Source: an uncultured Candidatus Saccharibacteria bacterium (GTDB lineage: Bacteria; Patescibacteriota; Minisyncoccia; Phycocordibacterales; PALSA-1337). From it: a stretch of 64,000 nucleotides of DNA. Below are positions 36,522-47,065 of the stretch, one piece after another. A program made the position numbers and the translations under genes. The stretch covers positions 36,376 through 100,375 of the forward strand of contig CAZMFR010000001.1 of assembly GCA_964565685.1 (NCBI GenBank). Direction: 5' to 3'. The notes under the pieces were generated by a model that saw only the letters and a list, made by a program, of their open reading frames with translations, did no database searches and was not told the origin of the DNA. Position 1 is the stretch's first letter; each line of letters opens with the position of its first letter.

Positions 36522-38005
36522 ACTGGTATATTCGCTGGCGCTTCGCCTTTCTTTGACGGCACGCGAGTCAATGTCGGCGTAGCCGCGACCTGACCCGGGA
36601 AGTGATAGATGGTAGCGAGCGACTCAGAGCTCATTATCATGGGCTTCAGATGACCGATAATATGCGTATATGGCGGAAAGAAGTACGAACGGCGCTTGTA
36701 CATGTCGAGGGCTTGTTTTGAAAAATGCTCGGCCATTTTGCCGCTCCTGTCTTCCCATGGCAAGTCTATCCTCTCGAACCACAGGTCATCGCTCGTGCCG
36801 AGCCCGTTCATGTGCGGAGCGCTGTATTGTTTCCACATGCTCTGCATGGCGCCTGGATTCGCCTTGTTGAAATTCTCTTTTTTGGCGATGTACATAAGGC
36901 GGATGCCCACATCAAAGCCGAGCTTCGTAATATTGCGCTCGATGGCTGTGATGATATCTTCCTCGCCTTTCGTTATCCTAGGCATCTTTGAAAAACCAGT
37001 GTCAGCATCGGCCGCACCGGCAACATGTGTCTTTGGATCGCGCCTGTGCAATTTGTTCACCAACGCTTCGGCCTCTTTTTGTCTCTTGTCGTGCTTTTTA
37101 AAGAAGTGACCTGGCTCGACATGATCGCTCTTTTTATATGCACGGACTAATATCTGCACCCATGCTTGCTGATTGACCCCGATCGATCCCAAAAATTCAA
37201 TGACCGGCGCGATCGGATCGACCTTGAATTCTTCCTTTGGATCCTTGTCTAGACCGTAATCCACATAAGTCATGAGCGGGTATGCGTCTTCTTTGCTGAA
37301 TTGAAGGTCAGCGGCCCAGATCTCCATTGTCTTTGGATCGTAATGGACAGATTGGGCGTAATCTGTCGCATCATGGACTTCTATGCCCGGGAATTGGGCA
37401 TACAGCGATGTCGAGATAAAATTCTTCAGAGATTTTCTCATCCAAATGAAGAAATGTATCTGCCCTTCTATCGAGACGAGCTCGAGAGAAAACCAAGCTC
37501 TGGTCTTTCCGTACCAATATTTGCCGAACCAGCCGCCTTCGCCCGCAGTCTGATGGAGCGCGGTCAGGAACATCTCCATGGCCACTGGGGACTTCACCGT
37601 CTCTTTTGGCAATCTGACTTCGACTATAGAATATTCTTGCTTTGAAAGCGTTTTGGCTCTCGTGTAATTAATCCAAAGATCGATGAAAATAAAGAAAAGA
37701 GCGATCATCACCGCCAAAGGAGACAGAGCGATCAAGATGTCAAAGAATACATTAAAATTTGATGAGCTTACAAATATATTGACGAATAACCAGAAACAAA
37801 AGACGACGATAAAACCGGAAATGCTCCAAAAAAGATATTCCTTGTGCTCTTTTAGCTTGTGGTTGACAAAAAAATAACGGTAGATATTAAAGAAAAAAAC
37901 AACGACAGAGACAGCGATCAAGATGTACATGATCACATGATATTGCGTTATAGATAGACCTATCTGGCTCATAGAATAAGTATAACAATTAAAGGCAAAA
38001 GGCAA
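36518..38005 (-). CDS. hypothetical membrane protein (4 N-terminal TM helices plus roughly 350-aa soluble domain)
   Basis: 495-aa ORF that overlaps mltG by 4 bp. No recognisable motif. Confidence 0.5.
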   Translation of the reverse strand: MPFAFNCYTYSMSQIGLSITQYHVIMYILIAVSVVVFFFNIYRYFFVNHKLKEHKEYLFWSISGFIVVFCFWLFVNIFVSSSNFNVFFDILIALSPLAVMIALFFIFIDLWINYTRAKTLSKQEYSIVEVRLPKETVKSPVAMEMFLTALHQTAGEGGWFGKYWYGKTRAWFSLELVSIEGQIHFFIWMRKSLKNFISTSLYAQFPGIEVHDATDYAQSVHYDPKTMEIWAADLQFSKEDAYPLMTYVDYGLDKDPKEEFKVDPIAPVIEFLGSIGVNQQAWVQILVRAYKKSDHVEPGHFFKKHDKRQKEAEALVNKLHRRDPKTHVAGAADADTGFSKMPRITKGEEDIITAIERNITKLGFDVGIRLMYIAKKENFNKANPGAMQSMWKQYSAPHMNGLGTSDDLWFERIDLPWEDRSGKMAEHFSKQALDMYKRRSYFFPPYTHIIGHLKPMIMSSESLATIYHFPGQVAATPTLTRVPSKKGEAPANIPV

Positions 38006-38017
38006 AAGGCAAAAAGT

Positions 38018-38042
38018 TTGTACAAGGGTAGCCCTATGTATA
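38018..38042. repeat. palindromic hairpin element (imperfect): TTGTACAAGGGTAGCCCTATGTATA
   Basis: Intergenic. Immediately preceded by an (AAAGGCA)x3 tandem repeat at 37991-38016. Confidence 0.7.
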
Positions 38043-38091
38043 AATTAGTGCTTGGTCATCTATTAGATCGATCGGACGATCAGACAAATTT

Positions 38092-39066
38092 TTACTCCCC
38101 TTCTTCATCCCCAACTTTTCCTGTCTTTTCGAATTCGTGCAAGGCGTCTATGATCGGATCGAGCTTGCCGGCAAAGATAGTCTCTATATTGTGCCAGCTT
38201 TGTTTTATGTGATGGTCGGTTATACGGTCTTGCAGGATATTATATGTCCGGATTTTTTCGCTTCTGTCGCCAGTGCCGAGCTGGGCTTTTTTGTTGGCGC
38301 TGAATTTTTTGGCTGCCTCTTCTTCCTGTTGCGCCTCTATCTTTGCGGTCAAGATTTGCATGGCCCGCTCGCGGTTGGCGCTCTGAGAACGTTCGGCAGT
38401 GACGCGCACGTCGAGGCCTGTCGGCTTGTGGATGAGGCGCACAGCCGTCTCGACTTTGTTGACGTTCTGACCGCCCTTGCCCCCTGCGCGCGAGAATTCC
38501 ATTTCGAGATCGCTGGGCGGGATAACAAGCTTTGTTTTTTTACGTATGGGCAATATAGCAACGGCGGCAGTCGATGTGTGGATACGACCGCTCTTTTCCG
38601 TCTCCGGCACGCGCTGGATGCGATGGACGCCGGTTTCCCAGCGCAAGTCGTCGTAGGCGCCTTTGCCTTTTATCTCGAGCGAAGCCTCTTTGTATCCTTT
38701 GAGAGAACTCCGCGATTCTTCGACTATTTTTGCCTGCCATCCTTTTGAGGCCGCATAGTTCTTATACATTTGGACCAACTCCTCGGCAAACAGCGCCGCT
38801 TCTTCCCCGCCGGCTCCGGCGCGCACTTCTAGAATGAGTTCGTTCGGCGTTTCTACTTCTTCTTTTTCAGAATCGAGTATCGCTTGAACTTGACCTTCGA
38901 TGTTCTTTTTTTGTTCTGCGATATTTTTCAAATCCGCTTCAGCCATCTCGCGCATAGTCTCATCTTTTGCCATTTCCAAAACCTCCGCTTCTTCTTTCGA
39001 GAGCTTTTCATGCATTTCAACTAAAAACGCCGTTTTGTGATTTTTTTTGAGTTCGTCCCAATCCAT
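38092..39066 (-). CDS. prfA: peptide chain release factor 1
   Basis: GGQ motif ([20 protein letters not shown]). The tripeptide region RVPETE is PxT-like, as in RF1. 324 aa. Confidence 0.8.
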   Translation of the reverse strand: MDWDELKKNHKTAFLVEMHEKLSKEEAEVLEMAKDETMREMAEADLKNIAEQKKNIEGQVQAILDSEKEEVETPNELILEVRAGAGGEEAALFAEELVQMYKNYAASKGWQAKIVEESRSSLKGYKEASLEIKGKGAYDDLRWETGVHRIQRVPETEKSGRIHTSTAAVAILPIRKKTKLVIPPSDLEMEFSRAGGKGGQNVNKVETAVRLIHKPTGLDVRVTAERSQSANRERAMQILTAKIEAQQEEEAAKKFSANKKAQLGTGDRSEKIRTYNILQDRITDHHIKQSWHNIETIFAGKLDPIIDALHEFEKTGKVGDEEGE

Positions 39067-39132
39067 GGTGTAAGTATATAGCAGAAAAGGAGAAAGCGCT
39101 GAAGCTCTCTCCCCTTTTTCTATCAGACAAAG

Positions 39133-39396
39133 TTAAGACTTCTTCTTGGTCGCTTTTGCTTGCCTTGCTTTGAATTTTTCGACGCGACCAGCAGAATCCA
39201 TCATCTTTTCCTGGTTAGTATAAAAAGGGTGCGATGACGAAGAGATCTCGACGGAGACAAGAGGATATTCCACGCCATCATGCCATTTGCCCTTTTCGGC
39301 AGTCTTTATGGTCGAGGCAACGAGAAAATCCATGTTATTCGAGTTGTCATGGAAAATGACCTTCCGGTAGTCCTTTGGGTGTATGTCTTTTTTCAT
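39133..39396 (-). CDS. rpmE2: 50S ribosomal protein L31 (type B, non-zinc)
   Basis: [11 protein letters not shown]-terminus and HPFYTNQ...GRVEKF C-terminus. 87 aa. Confidence 0.7.
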   Translation of the reverse strand: MKKDIHPKDYRKVIFHDNSNNMDFLVASTIKTAEKGKWHDGVEYPLVSVEISSSSHPFYTNQEKMMDSAGRVEKFKARQAKATKKKS

Positions 39397-39435
39397 AGGA
39401 ACAATGTAGCAAATATGACCGAAAAAGGCAAGAAA

Positions 39436-40857
39436 TCACAACCCTTCCAATGGATCGATCTCTGTCGTCTGTATCTGATTGGCTAGCGCCATGACGCTCG
39501 ATCCATAGGCGCTCGCGCCTTTTACAACACCACAAGCGTGACCGGAATAATATTTACAAGCAGCGTTCTTTTGCGCCGTATAGCTCGACGAATTCGCGCC
39601 GAGATCAGATAGATAGAGTCCAGAGGCAGTGAAAGCATCCAATGGATGCCATGGATTCGGCGCCGTGGAAATACCGAGAGCTGATTTTATCCTATTAACG
39701 AGAAGAGCCCATGTCGAAGCGATGAATTGCGCCGGTCCCATGCCGCCGCCATAGCCGATAGATTGAGGACATGACACTTGCATGGATTTATAATCTAGGC
39801 CTAGAGACGAGGTGATAGCCAAAAACGGCTGGATATCGCGCGACGGCTTCATAACATTGGCGATCCTATTTCCATTGGAATCGACACCGGAACCATCGCC
39901 TGTGTCGGTCAAATAACAGGTGCCGTCATTTTTGCCTATGCCGGTTTCTTGGGTCAGGATGGCAAGAAGAAACGCCTGCGGTACGCCGGTTGCTGTATAA
40001 ACAGTATTGGCATAATTCAAGGCATTACCAAAAGAAATGGCGCTCGTACCGGCGAGGTTGAACAGAGCGGCGCGGATTTGGGCGGCTTTCTGTTCATTTT
40101 GCACCACCAAACTGCTGTAGGCGCTCTCGTTCTCCTTGCTCACTGCGAGCAATTGCTTTTTTTGGTTTTCGGCTTGTTGCACTGTCGCCTGTTGTTGTTG
40201 AATGACTTGCTTTGCATCGATCTCCTGATTCTGCTTGTCAGTCAATTGGGCTTTCTCGCTTTGGTTTTCTGCTTCATTGGCGCGCAATTGATTGAAGGTG
40301 ACCGCCAATGCCTGCTGAACAGATTGAAAATCGTCAAAACTAGCCATCGCCTGCGACAAGCTATCGCTACCGAGGATTATATTAGCCAAAGTTATGTCGC
40401 CGTTCTCATTTATTTTGACCAATATCTCGGCTAGGGTTTGATGACCCTGATCTATCTGATTCCCGAGCATGTTTATATTTGACTGCTTTTGAGTTATGTT
40501 CTGACCGAGAGTCTGTATGATCAGATTCTCCTGCTTTATCTTTAGATTTGCCGCGTTGATCTGCGCTGTCAGGACATTTATGTCTTTCTGGATGGATGCG
40601 CTCTGATTCTGGGCACTTTGGAGCTGTACCTGGGCTTGGGCTTCTTCGGCCTCTACTTGAGCTAATTCTGCTTGGAGAGCGGCTTGGGTCGTAACAGTGG
40701 AAGGAATAACGGTAGAAACGGTTGTCTGAGCATCGGCAAAATTCAGAGGAAAGATGAAAAGAAAAACATATAGAAACGAACAAAAAGCCATGCCTGTTGG
40801 CAGGCAGGCGAGAAACGAGAAGCGAGGCGAGGCAAATGAGGAACGGAAAAAGGTCAT
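39436..40857 (-). CDS. secreted coiled-coil protein with C-terminal lytic transglycosylase-like (MltB/SLT_2-type) domain
   Basis: Signal peptide. Roughly 250 aa of Q/A-rich coiled coil. C-terminal LLAILTQETGIG (E-T/S-x-x-G) and GYGGGMGPAQFIASTW resemble MltB GSxAGAMGxxQFMPSSW. Confidence 0.55.
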   Translation of the reverse strand: MTFFRSSFASPRFSFLACLPTGMAFCSFLYVFLFIFPLNFADAQTTVSTVIPSTVTTQAALQAELAQVEAEEAQAQVQLQSAQNQSASIQKDINVLTAQINAANLKIKQENLIIQTLGQNITQKQSNINMLGNQIDQGHQTLAEILVKINENGDITLANIILGSDSLSQAMASFDDFQSVQQALAVTFNQLRANEAENQSEKAQLTDKQNQEIDAKQVIQQQQATVQQAENQKKQLLAVSKENESAYSSLVVQNEQKAAQIRAALFNLAGTSAISFGNALNYANTVYTATGVPQAFLLAILTQETGIGKNDGTCYLTDTGDGSGVDSNGNRIANVMKPSRDIQPFLAITSSLGLDYKSMQVSCPQSIGYGGGMGPAQFIASTWALLVNRIKSALGISTAPNPWHPLDAFTASGLYLSDLGANSSSYTAQKNAACKYYSGHACGVVKGASAYGSSVMALANQIQTTEIDPLEGL

Positions 40858-40908
40858 TGAGACATTATACCAAAAAAATCCCTAAAATACTTATGATAAA
40901 AAATGGAT

Positions 40909-41820
40909 TTATTCCATCCCTCTCAATATAGCGATGCGTTCCGAAGTCGGCGGATGAGTCATAAAAAGCTTTGCTATCCCTTGACCTGCTTTTGCTCCAA
41001 AAGGATTTGAAATGTAGAGATGCGCAGTGGCGTTGTTCGCAGTCCCCATCGGCTGACTGTAGGATTGGATCTTTTCAAGGGCGCTAGCCAATCCTTCCGG
41101 ATAACGCGTGAGCAAAGCGCCATCGGCATCTGCTAGAAACTCGCGTTTTCTTGAGATGGCAAGTTGGATGAGTTGGGCAACAATAGGTGAAAGGATGACA
41201 AAGATAATGCCTATTATTGCAAGAATAGCTCCGAGCTGACCGCCAGAGTTTCGACTATTGCCTCGCCGATCGCCGCCGACGCCAAACCACATGCTTCGGG
41301 TAAAGACGTAAGCGATGATAGATATAAAGCCGACGAGGACGACGACTGTCGTCGAGAGCAAGATGTCGCGATTGCCGATATGGGAAAGCTCGTGAGCCAG
41401 AACCCCCGACAATTCATTCTTGTCCATCATATCCAAAAGACCCTGTGTCACCGCGACTGCGGCATGGTTTTTGTCGCGACCAGTGGCAAAGGCATTCGGC
41501 GCCATATCGGGGATTATGTACAATTTCGGCATCGGCAAACCGGCAGTGATGCACAGATTTTCGACGACTTGAAAAAGCTGGGGATCATCTTCCCTTTTTG
41601 CTGGCATCGCCTTTGCGAGCGAGAGCGAAATCTTGTCCGAATACCAGTAGCTGGCTATGTTCATGGCAAGGGCTATGAATATGGCGGCAAAGATAAAGAT
41701 CGGGCTCCCATAGTACCAGCTGATGAACCAGCCGATGGCGACGACAAGGACCAAGAATATGGCCATCAGGAACCATGTCCGTCTGACGTTCTTATCTTGT
41801 TGGGTATAGAGGGTAGCCAT
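40909..41820 (-). CDS. htpX: M48-family zinc metalloprotease HtpX
   Basis: HELSH (VLAHELSHIGNRD) zinc motif, four TM helices, 303 aa. Confidence 0.8.
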   Translation of the reverse strand: MATLYTQQDKNVRRTWFLMAIFLVLVVAIGWFISWYYGSPIFIFAAIFIALAMNIASYWYSDKISLSLAKAMPAKREDDPQLFQVVENLCITAGLPMPKLYIIPDMAPNAFATGRDKNHAAVAVTQGLLDMMDKNELSGVLAHELSHIGNRDILLSTTVVVLVGFISIIAYVFTRSMWFGVGGDRRGNSRNSGGQLGAILAIIGIIFVILSPIVAQLIQLAISRKREFLADADGALLTRYPEGLASALEKIQSYSQPMGTANNATAHLYISNPFGAKAGQGIAKLFMTHPPTSERIAILRGME

Positions 41821-41891
41821 AATAGAAAATGAAAAGGAAAGAAAAACGGGAAGAATCTAAAAATGTTCGGGCTCGGAAGACGGAGCGAAAA

Positions 41892-42362
41892 TCACCTGGC
41901 TTTTATGATATCATCAACCATCTTTATCTCATCCAATATCCCGTCAATGAAATCTATGCTTTTTGCCTCTTCCAAAGTGACCCACTTGTAGGCAATACTG
42001 TCTTTGTCCAAGGCGACGTCTCCGGACTTATATTTTGCAAAGTAGCTCAAGATGACGACAGGAATCCCATCTGGCCTTATGAAAGCTATATCGAGCAGAT
42101 ATTCAGGATTTTCCGTTTCCAAATTAACCTCTTCTTTGACTTCCCTTCGCAATGCGTTTGACACTGCGTTGTACCATTGTCCGTCTTTGTTCGGCTTTGA
42201 ATTCATATAATCATCCACTTCAAGCCCGCCGCCGGGAACAGTCCATTTTCCCGGAAAAGCCTTTTTCTGAAGCGAGCGCCGGGTCACCAAATATTTACCT
42301 TCGTCGTTGTAAATTATGGCTGTGATAGATATCCTATGCAATTCTTTGTCCTTTATCTCCAT
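41892..42362 (-). CDS. NUDIX hydrolase
   Basis: Nudix box GGGLEVDD...ALRREVKEEVNLE (GX5EX7REVXEEXG-like). Confidence 0.65.
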   Translation of the reverse strand: MEIKDKELHRISITAIIYNDEGKYLVTRRSLQKKAFPGKWTVPGGGLEVDDYMNSKPNKDGQWYNAVSNALRREVKEEVNLETENPEYLLDIAFIRPDGIPVVILSYFAKYKSGDVALDKDSIAYKWVTLEEAKSIDFIDGILDEIKMVDDIIKAR

Positions 42363-42413
42363 GGATTTTATAGATTAGCCCTTTAACTTTTGCTTTTAAT
42401 TTTTGTATTTTCC

Positions 42414-42974
42414 TTAAAATTTGACTTCCACCGGCTCCTTTGCGGCCGCATCGCTAGCATCGAGCTGGAAGAATTCCATCGTCGCAAAATGGAAAGTTCC
42501 GGCGATCAAATTGCCTGGAAAAACCTGAATCGAAGTGTTGAAGTCGCGGACATTGCCGTTGTAGAAACGGCGAGCGGCTTGGATCTTGTCTTCGGTGTCG
42601 GTCAATTCTGATTGAAGGGCAAGAAAATTCTGATTGGCCTTCAGATCAGGATATGCTTCTGAAACGGCAAAGAGAGACTTTAAAGCTCCAGCCAGTTGAT
42701 TCTCTGCTTGACCTTTATTGGCGAGGCCTGTCGCACTCATAGCGGCAGTGCGAGCGTTCGTCACATCTTCAAAAACTGTCTTTTCGTGCGCGGCGTATCC
42801 CTTGACCGTCTCTACTAGGTTTGGAATCAGATCATAACGGCGCTTTAGCTGGACATCGATATCAGCCCAAGATTCCTGCGCGCGATTTCTAGAACGGACC
42901 AACCCATTAAAGGCGATGATAGCCCAAAGAACCAGAATAATGATTATTACGACGATGACATATATGGTGATCAT
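42414..42974 (-). CDS. LemA family protein
   Basis: N-terminal TM helix, then FNGLVRSRNRAQESWADIDVQLKRRYDLIPNLVETVKGYAAHE, the LemA signature. Confidence 0.75.
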   Translation of the reverse strand: MITIYVIVVIIIILVLWAIIAFNGLVRSRNRAQESWADIDVQLKRRYDLIPNLVETVKGYAAHEKTVFEDVTNARTAAMSATGLANKGQAENQLAGALKSLFAVSEAYPDLKANQNFLALQSELTDTEDKIQAARRFYNGNVRDFNTSIQVFPGNLIAGTFHFATMEFFQLDASDAAAKEPVEVKF

Positions 42975-42983
42975 AGATTTATG

Positions 42984-43727
42984 TTAGTTATTCTGTGTGC
43001 TGGTTGCTGTCGGATGATAATCTGTCTCCGGTTCGCCGACTGGAGGGGTCACAAAGACGAACGATTGCACGACGTCCTTGAACTGCGCGTTAGCGATATC
43101 GATCTGGGCTTGGCTATTGGCATTTATTTTCGGCACGTCAGAAGTAGAGAAGCCCTTTGTCGTTGGATTGATCGTAACCGATTCAAAAGTGAACATGTAG
43201 CAGACGTTTCCTTTTTGCAGAGAATACAGCTGATCGAAATAATTGCGTCCATCTACGGAATTTTGCATAGAAACAGTGTCTAATGTCAGTCCGCCGACAT
43301 TGATCGTGCCCTTGTCCTTTATTGTTACGACTGGCGGAAAAGCACAATTGCCGGAAAGGACCTGGATAGATGCATCGAGGGTGCCGATGGTCGTCTGTGG
43401 AAATTGATCGGGAATGACAAAGGTCACGCCAGCAGGCGCGCTCTCTGTTTGCCACGCCGTCGGATAGTTCACAGAGAAGCCCAGCTCTTCATTCTGAAAT
43501 TGCGACAGAGAAGAAGAGAGCTTGTTATTTTCAACCGGACTGACAGAAGCCGAAGAATCATCCGACGTCAACGCATTCGAAGCGTTAGGACCCTGCTCAT
43601 AATTTTGATAGACATGAACGGCTAAAATAATAATGGCGATAATGACTAGGACGACTATCGTCCAAATGATTGATTGTTTTTTCATGGTAGAAATAGTATA
43701 GCAAGCGGCGGCTTTATTGGGAAGCAT
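42984..43727 (-). CDS. hypothetical membrane-anchored/secreted protein
   Basis: 247-aa ORF with an N-terminal TM helix and no motif. Confidence 0.45.
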   Translation of the reverse strand: MLPNKAAACYTISTMKKQSIIWTIVVLVIIAIIILAVHVYQNYEQGPNASNALTSDDSSASVSPVENNKLSSSLSQFQNEELGFSVNYPTAWQTESAPAGVTFVIPDQFPQTTIGTLDASIQVLSGNCAFPPVVTIKDKGTINVGGLTLDTVSMQNSVDGRNYFDQLYSLQKGNVCYMFTFESVTINPTTKGFSTSDVPKINANSQAQIDIANAQFKDVVQSFVFVTPPVGEPETDYHPTATSTQNN

Positions 43728-43736
43728 GCCGAGGCG

Positions 43737-44444
43737 TCACCTGGGTACGGAGACGACACCTGTGTTAAAAGTGCCGAGCATCGCCGCGGCTATGGCTTCA
43801 GTCTTGGATAATTCGGCATCATGGATCTTATCGGCGGCATTTATCGCGTCTGTATCAGACAAGTAAAACCCCGCACCGTCCGTGCCATGGTCAAAGAACG
43901 TGATGCGATAGCACAGATTATTCGCAATTGTGTCATAAGTCATGGTCAAATATCTGTTGCCAGCTGCGGCGTCATTTATTGTGTTCTCTGTAAAAGTCAC
44001 GCCATTGATATCGAGCATCGTCGGACCTTTGTCGATCGGCCCTTGTTCTACGACAGGACAAGTCGAACTTGCCGTCACGATGACATAAGCTTCATCCTTC
44101 AAGACGGTCGAAAAATAGATTTCTTTTGGAAATTGAAGGGCAAGGAGATACGGTCCGGCTATCGTCGGAATAGTTGAAGTGGAGAAAGCAAGATCGGCCG
44201 GATATTTTATATTGAACGCTGGTTGTGCGTTCGAATATATTTTCCAGGATGACATGTCGATGGCAGGAGAAGTCGTTGAAGTCGAGGTGGAGCCCGCTGT
44301 TTGTCCTTGATTCACAATTGGAACGATCGTGCTCGAAGTGGCAGAGATAGAAGTAGTCGGAGCGTGCACCTGGTCGAGCACTAGAAAGATAGCGGCTATG
44401 ATTATGACGATGACGAATATGACTATCGATGTTTTTGATTTCAT
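43737..44444 (-). CDS. hypothetical membrane-anchored/secreted protein
   Basis: 235-aa ORF with an N-terminal TM helix and a Ser/Thr-rich linker. Confidence 0.45.
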   Translation of the reverse strand: MKSKTSIVIFVIVIIIAAIFLVLDQVHAPTTSISATSSTIVPIVNQGQTAGSTSTSTTSPAIDMSSWKIYSNAQPAFNIKYPADLAFSTSTIPTIAGPYLLALQFPKEIYFSTVLKDEAYVIVTASSTCPVVEQGPIDKGPTMLDINGVTFTENTINDAAAGNRYLTMTYDTIANNLCYRITFFDHGTDGAGFYLSDTDAINAADKIHDAELSKTEAIAAAMLGTFNTGVVSVPR

Positions 44445-44460
44445 GTGACTTTTATAGCCA

Positions 44461-44483
44461 TGTACGAGGTGGCACCTTGTACA
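44461..44483. repeat. palindromic hairpin element: TGTACGAGGTGGCACCTTGTACA
   Basis: Intergenic, just downstream of the groEL stop. Confidence 0.75.
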
Positions 44484-44486
44484 TTT

Positions 44487-46160
44487 TTAATATCCCATAT
44501 CTCCCATCCCTTGGTTGCTTTGCGGTCTCTTTTCCTCCAGTTCATCTGCTATTGCGGCCTCTGTCGTGAGGAGCAAGGCGGCGGCGGAGCAGGCATTTTC
44601 GACGCCGAGGCGGGCGACTTTGACAGGATCGACGATGCCGACGGCTATCATATCATCGACCATTTTATCGGCGAGAGCGTCATAGCCGCTGTTTCCCTTG
44701 CCATTTTTTATCTTGTCCACGATGACAGAGCCATCGTCTTTGCCGGCATTGATCGCGATTTGTTTCAAGGGGGCTTCGAGCGCCTTCAAGACGATCTCGT
44801 AGCCGATGTTCTCTTCTGCGCTGGATATCTTTCCGGCTTTTGTCTGTCTCAAGGATGAGGACTTTGCCACTTCATTCGCCGCGCGGACTAGAGCGACGCC
44901 TCCACCAGGCACGATGCCTTCTTCGATTGCGGCTTTCGTGGCGTTTACGGCGTCTTCCAATTTCAATTTCAAGTATTTCATCTCGGTCTCGGTGGCCGCG
45001 CCGACACGAATGACTGCCACGCCTCCAGAGAGCTTTGCTATCCGTTCAGCCAGTTTGTGCGCGTCGCCGTATTCGCTTGCCCTCTCTTTTGCAGAAAAAT
45101 TTTCATACTGCTTCTTTAATTGAGCGACTCTCTTTTCAATATCGGATTTCTTGCCCTTGCCTCCGACAATGACCGTATCATCTTTCGTGGAAATGACTTT
45201 GCGGGCTTTGCCGAGCATGCCGATATCTGCTTTTTCAAACTTTATACCGACATCCTCGCTTATCACTGTGGCGCCGACCGTCACGGCGATGTCATCGAGC
45301 ATGGCTTTTTTGTTGTCTCCATAACCCGGCGCTTTGACTGCCAAAACATTGAATGTGCCCCTTAATTTATTCACAACAAAAGTAGACAGCGCCTCTCCAT
45401 CGACGTCTTCGGCGATGATGACCAGATCTTTCTTTCCGCTTTGAGCGAGCTGTTCAAGCAAAGGCAGAACCTCCTTTATCGCAGAAATTTTCTTGTCTGT
45501 GATGAGGATAGCCGGCTCTTTTAATTCCGCCTCCATGCGTTCGACGTTCGTGATCATATAAGCCGAAACGTACCCTTTATCAAACTGGATCCCTTCGACG
45601 ACTTCCGACTCGAGGGTGGTCGTTTGAGATTCTTCGACAGTGACGACGCCGTCCTTGCCCACCTTCTTTATGGTTTCTGCGATGATAGAACCTAGTTCGA
45701 CAGATTCGGAGGAAACAGTGGCGACTTGTCTTATCTCTTCGTCGCTCTTTATCGGTTTTGCCGCTTTCTTCAAGGCAGTAACGACGTCTTTTGCGGCAGC
45801 TTCGATTCCGGCTCGCACGCCCATGGCGTTTATGCCCATGCTCGTCTGTTTCATCCCTTCGTCTATTATGGCTTGGGTCAAAATGGTGGCGGTCGTCGTT
45901 CCGTCCCCTGCGATATCATTCGTCTTTGTCGCAACCTCCTTTATGATCTCGGCGCCCATATTCTCGAATCTGTCTTTCAAAGAAATGTCCTTTGCGATGG
46001 AAACGCCGTCATTGGTTATGGTCGGGCTTCCGTATCCTTTATCGAGAACGACATTTCTGCCGCGCGGACCTATCGTGATCTTTACCGCATCGGCTACGAT
46101 GTCGACTCCTCTTTTCAAAGCTTTGCGCGCCTCCTCGTTGTATAGAATTTTTTTGGACAT
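44487..46160 (-). CDS. groEL: chaperonin GroEL
   Basis: MSKKILYNEEARKALKRGVDIVADAVKITIGPRGRNVVL, GDGTTTATIL, and a GGM-like C-terminus. Roughly 557 aa. Confidence 0.95.
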   Translation of the reverse strand: MSKKILYNEEARKALKRGVDIVADAVKITIGPRGRNVVLDKGYGSPTITNDGVSIAKDISLKDRFENMGAEIIKEVATKTNDIAGDGTTTATILTQAIIDEGMKQTSMGINAMGVRAGIEAAAKDVVTALKKAAKPIKSDEEIRQVATVSSESVELGSIIAETIKKVGKDGVVTVEESQTTTLESEVVEGIQFDKGYVSAYMITNVERMEAELKEPAILITDKKISAIKEVLPLLEQLAQSGKKDLVIIAEDVDGEALSTFVVNKLRGTFNVLAVKAPGYGDNKKAMLDDIAVTVGATVISEDVGIKFEKADIGMLGKARKVISTKDDTVIVGGKGKKSDIEKRVAQLKKQYENFSAKERASEYGDAHKLAERIAKLSGGVAVIRVGAATETEMKYLKLKLEDAVNATKAAIEEGIVPGGGVALVRAANEVAKSSSLRQTKAGKISSAEENIGYEIVLKALEAPLKQIAINAGKDDGSVIVDKIKNGKGNSGYDALADKMVDDMIAVGIVDPVKVARLGVENACSAAALLLTTEAAIADELEEKRPQSNQGMGDMGY

Positions 46161-46301
46161 GATAGTGTAAAGTAAATAGTCAAAATGCAAGAGTCAAAGC
46201 ATGAAGCGGAAAGCAAATGATTTCAATATTTTTTGACTTTCATTTTTGCTCGTCTACTATCAGGCATGGCCTTTGATCTTGACTTATTTTTTATTTTTAA
46301 A

Positions 46302-46631
46302 TTATTTAATAATAGCCAATATCTCGCTTTCTCTAACCAAATAATAATCCTCATCTTCTATTCTGACCTTGTCCCCCCATTGGAAAAGGACGACGTCGCC
46401 TGCTTTGACAGATATAGGCACGAGCTGACCTTCTTCGACACGGCCAGGACCGATAGCCATGACTTGGCCGCGTTTGCCCGCCTTGTCCTCGTTGACAGTC
46501 ACGGGGATTATGATGCCGCTCGAAGTCTTTTTTTCGCTCGATTCTGTGTCCTCTTTTATGAGGACGCGATCGGCTAGCGGTTTGATTTTATTTGCAACCT
46601 TACTGCCTTTTTGATTTTTTTGTTCTTTCAT
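46302..46631 (-). CDS. groES: co-chaperonin GroES
   Basis: IKPLADRVLIK...SGIIIP...GDVVLFQWGDKV. The start is set at the internal ATG, 109 aa. Lies upstream of groEL. Confidence 0.9.
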   Translation of the reverse strand: MKEQKNQKGSKVANKIKPLADRVLIKEDTESSEKKTSSGIIIPVTVNEDKAGKRGQVMAIGPGRVEEGQLVPISVKAGDVVLFQWGDKVRIEDEDYYLVRESEILAIIK

Positions 46632-47065
46632 GAAATTGATAGAAAGTGCTTTTAGTTTTATCTGATAATGGCGACTTTTCAAACAACGCCTCGTTTGAAG
46701 CGGTGTTGGGCGATTAATTGGCTCTAATTATAGGTAAAAATAGAAAGATAGCAACTTGACAACGATGCAAAAATATGACAGGTTCTCGAGTAGAATTTTG
46801 AAAATTCAAGTCAACAGAAATTAACAACAAAAGGAAAAGAAACCCGTTCAATTCAAGGTTACAGTCAAAGCACGCATGTATCATGGCGTTATACATGAAG
46901 CCATGACGCGATTTGGAATGAACCAGACAAAATTGGCCAAATATCTCGGGATAAGTCTGGGAACGCTTGGAGCCATATCCGCCATATATGGTCAAATCTA
47001 TGCGCCAAGATCTGATTTTGTCCATAAACTTGCGCGAAATCTTACGTCATGTTATGCTCCTACCA

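Noticed and set aside
46683-46860. CIRCE (TTAGCACTC-N9-GAGTGCTAA) heat-shock operator upstream of groES
   Set aside because: Only a weak half-site-like AGCACTTTC was seen near the groES start. No inverted partner is present. Not supported.
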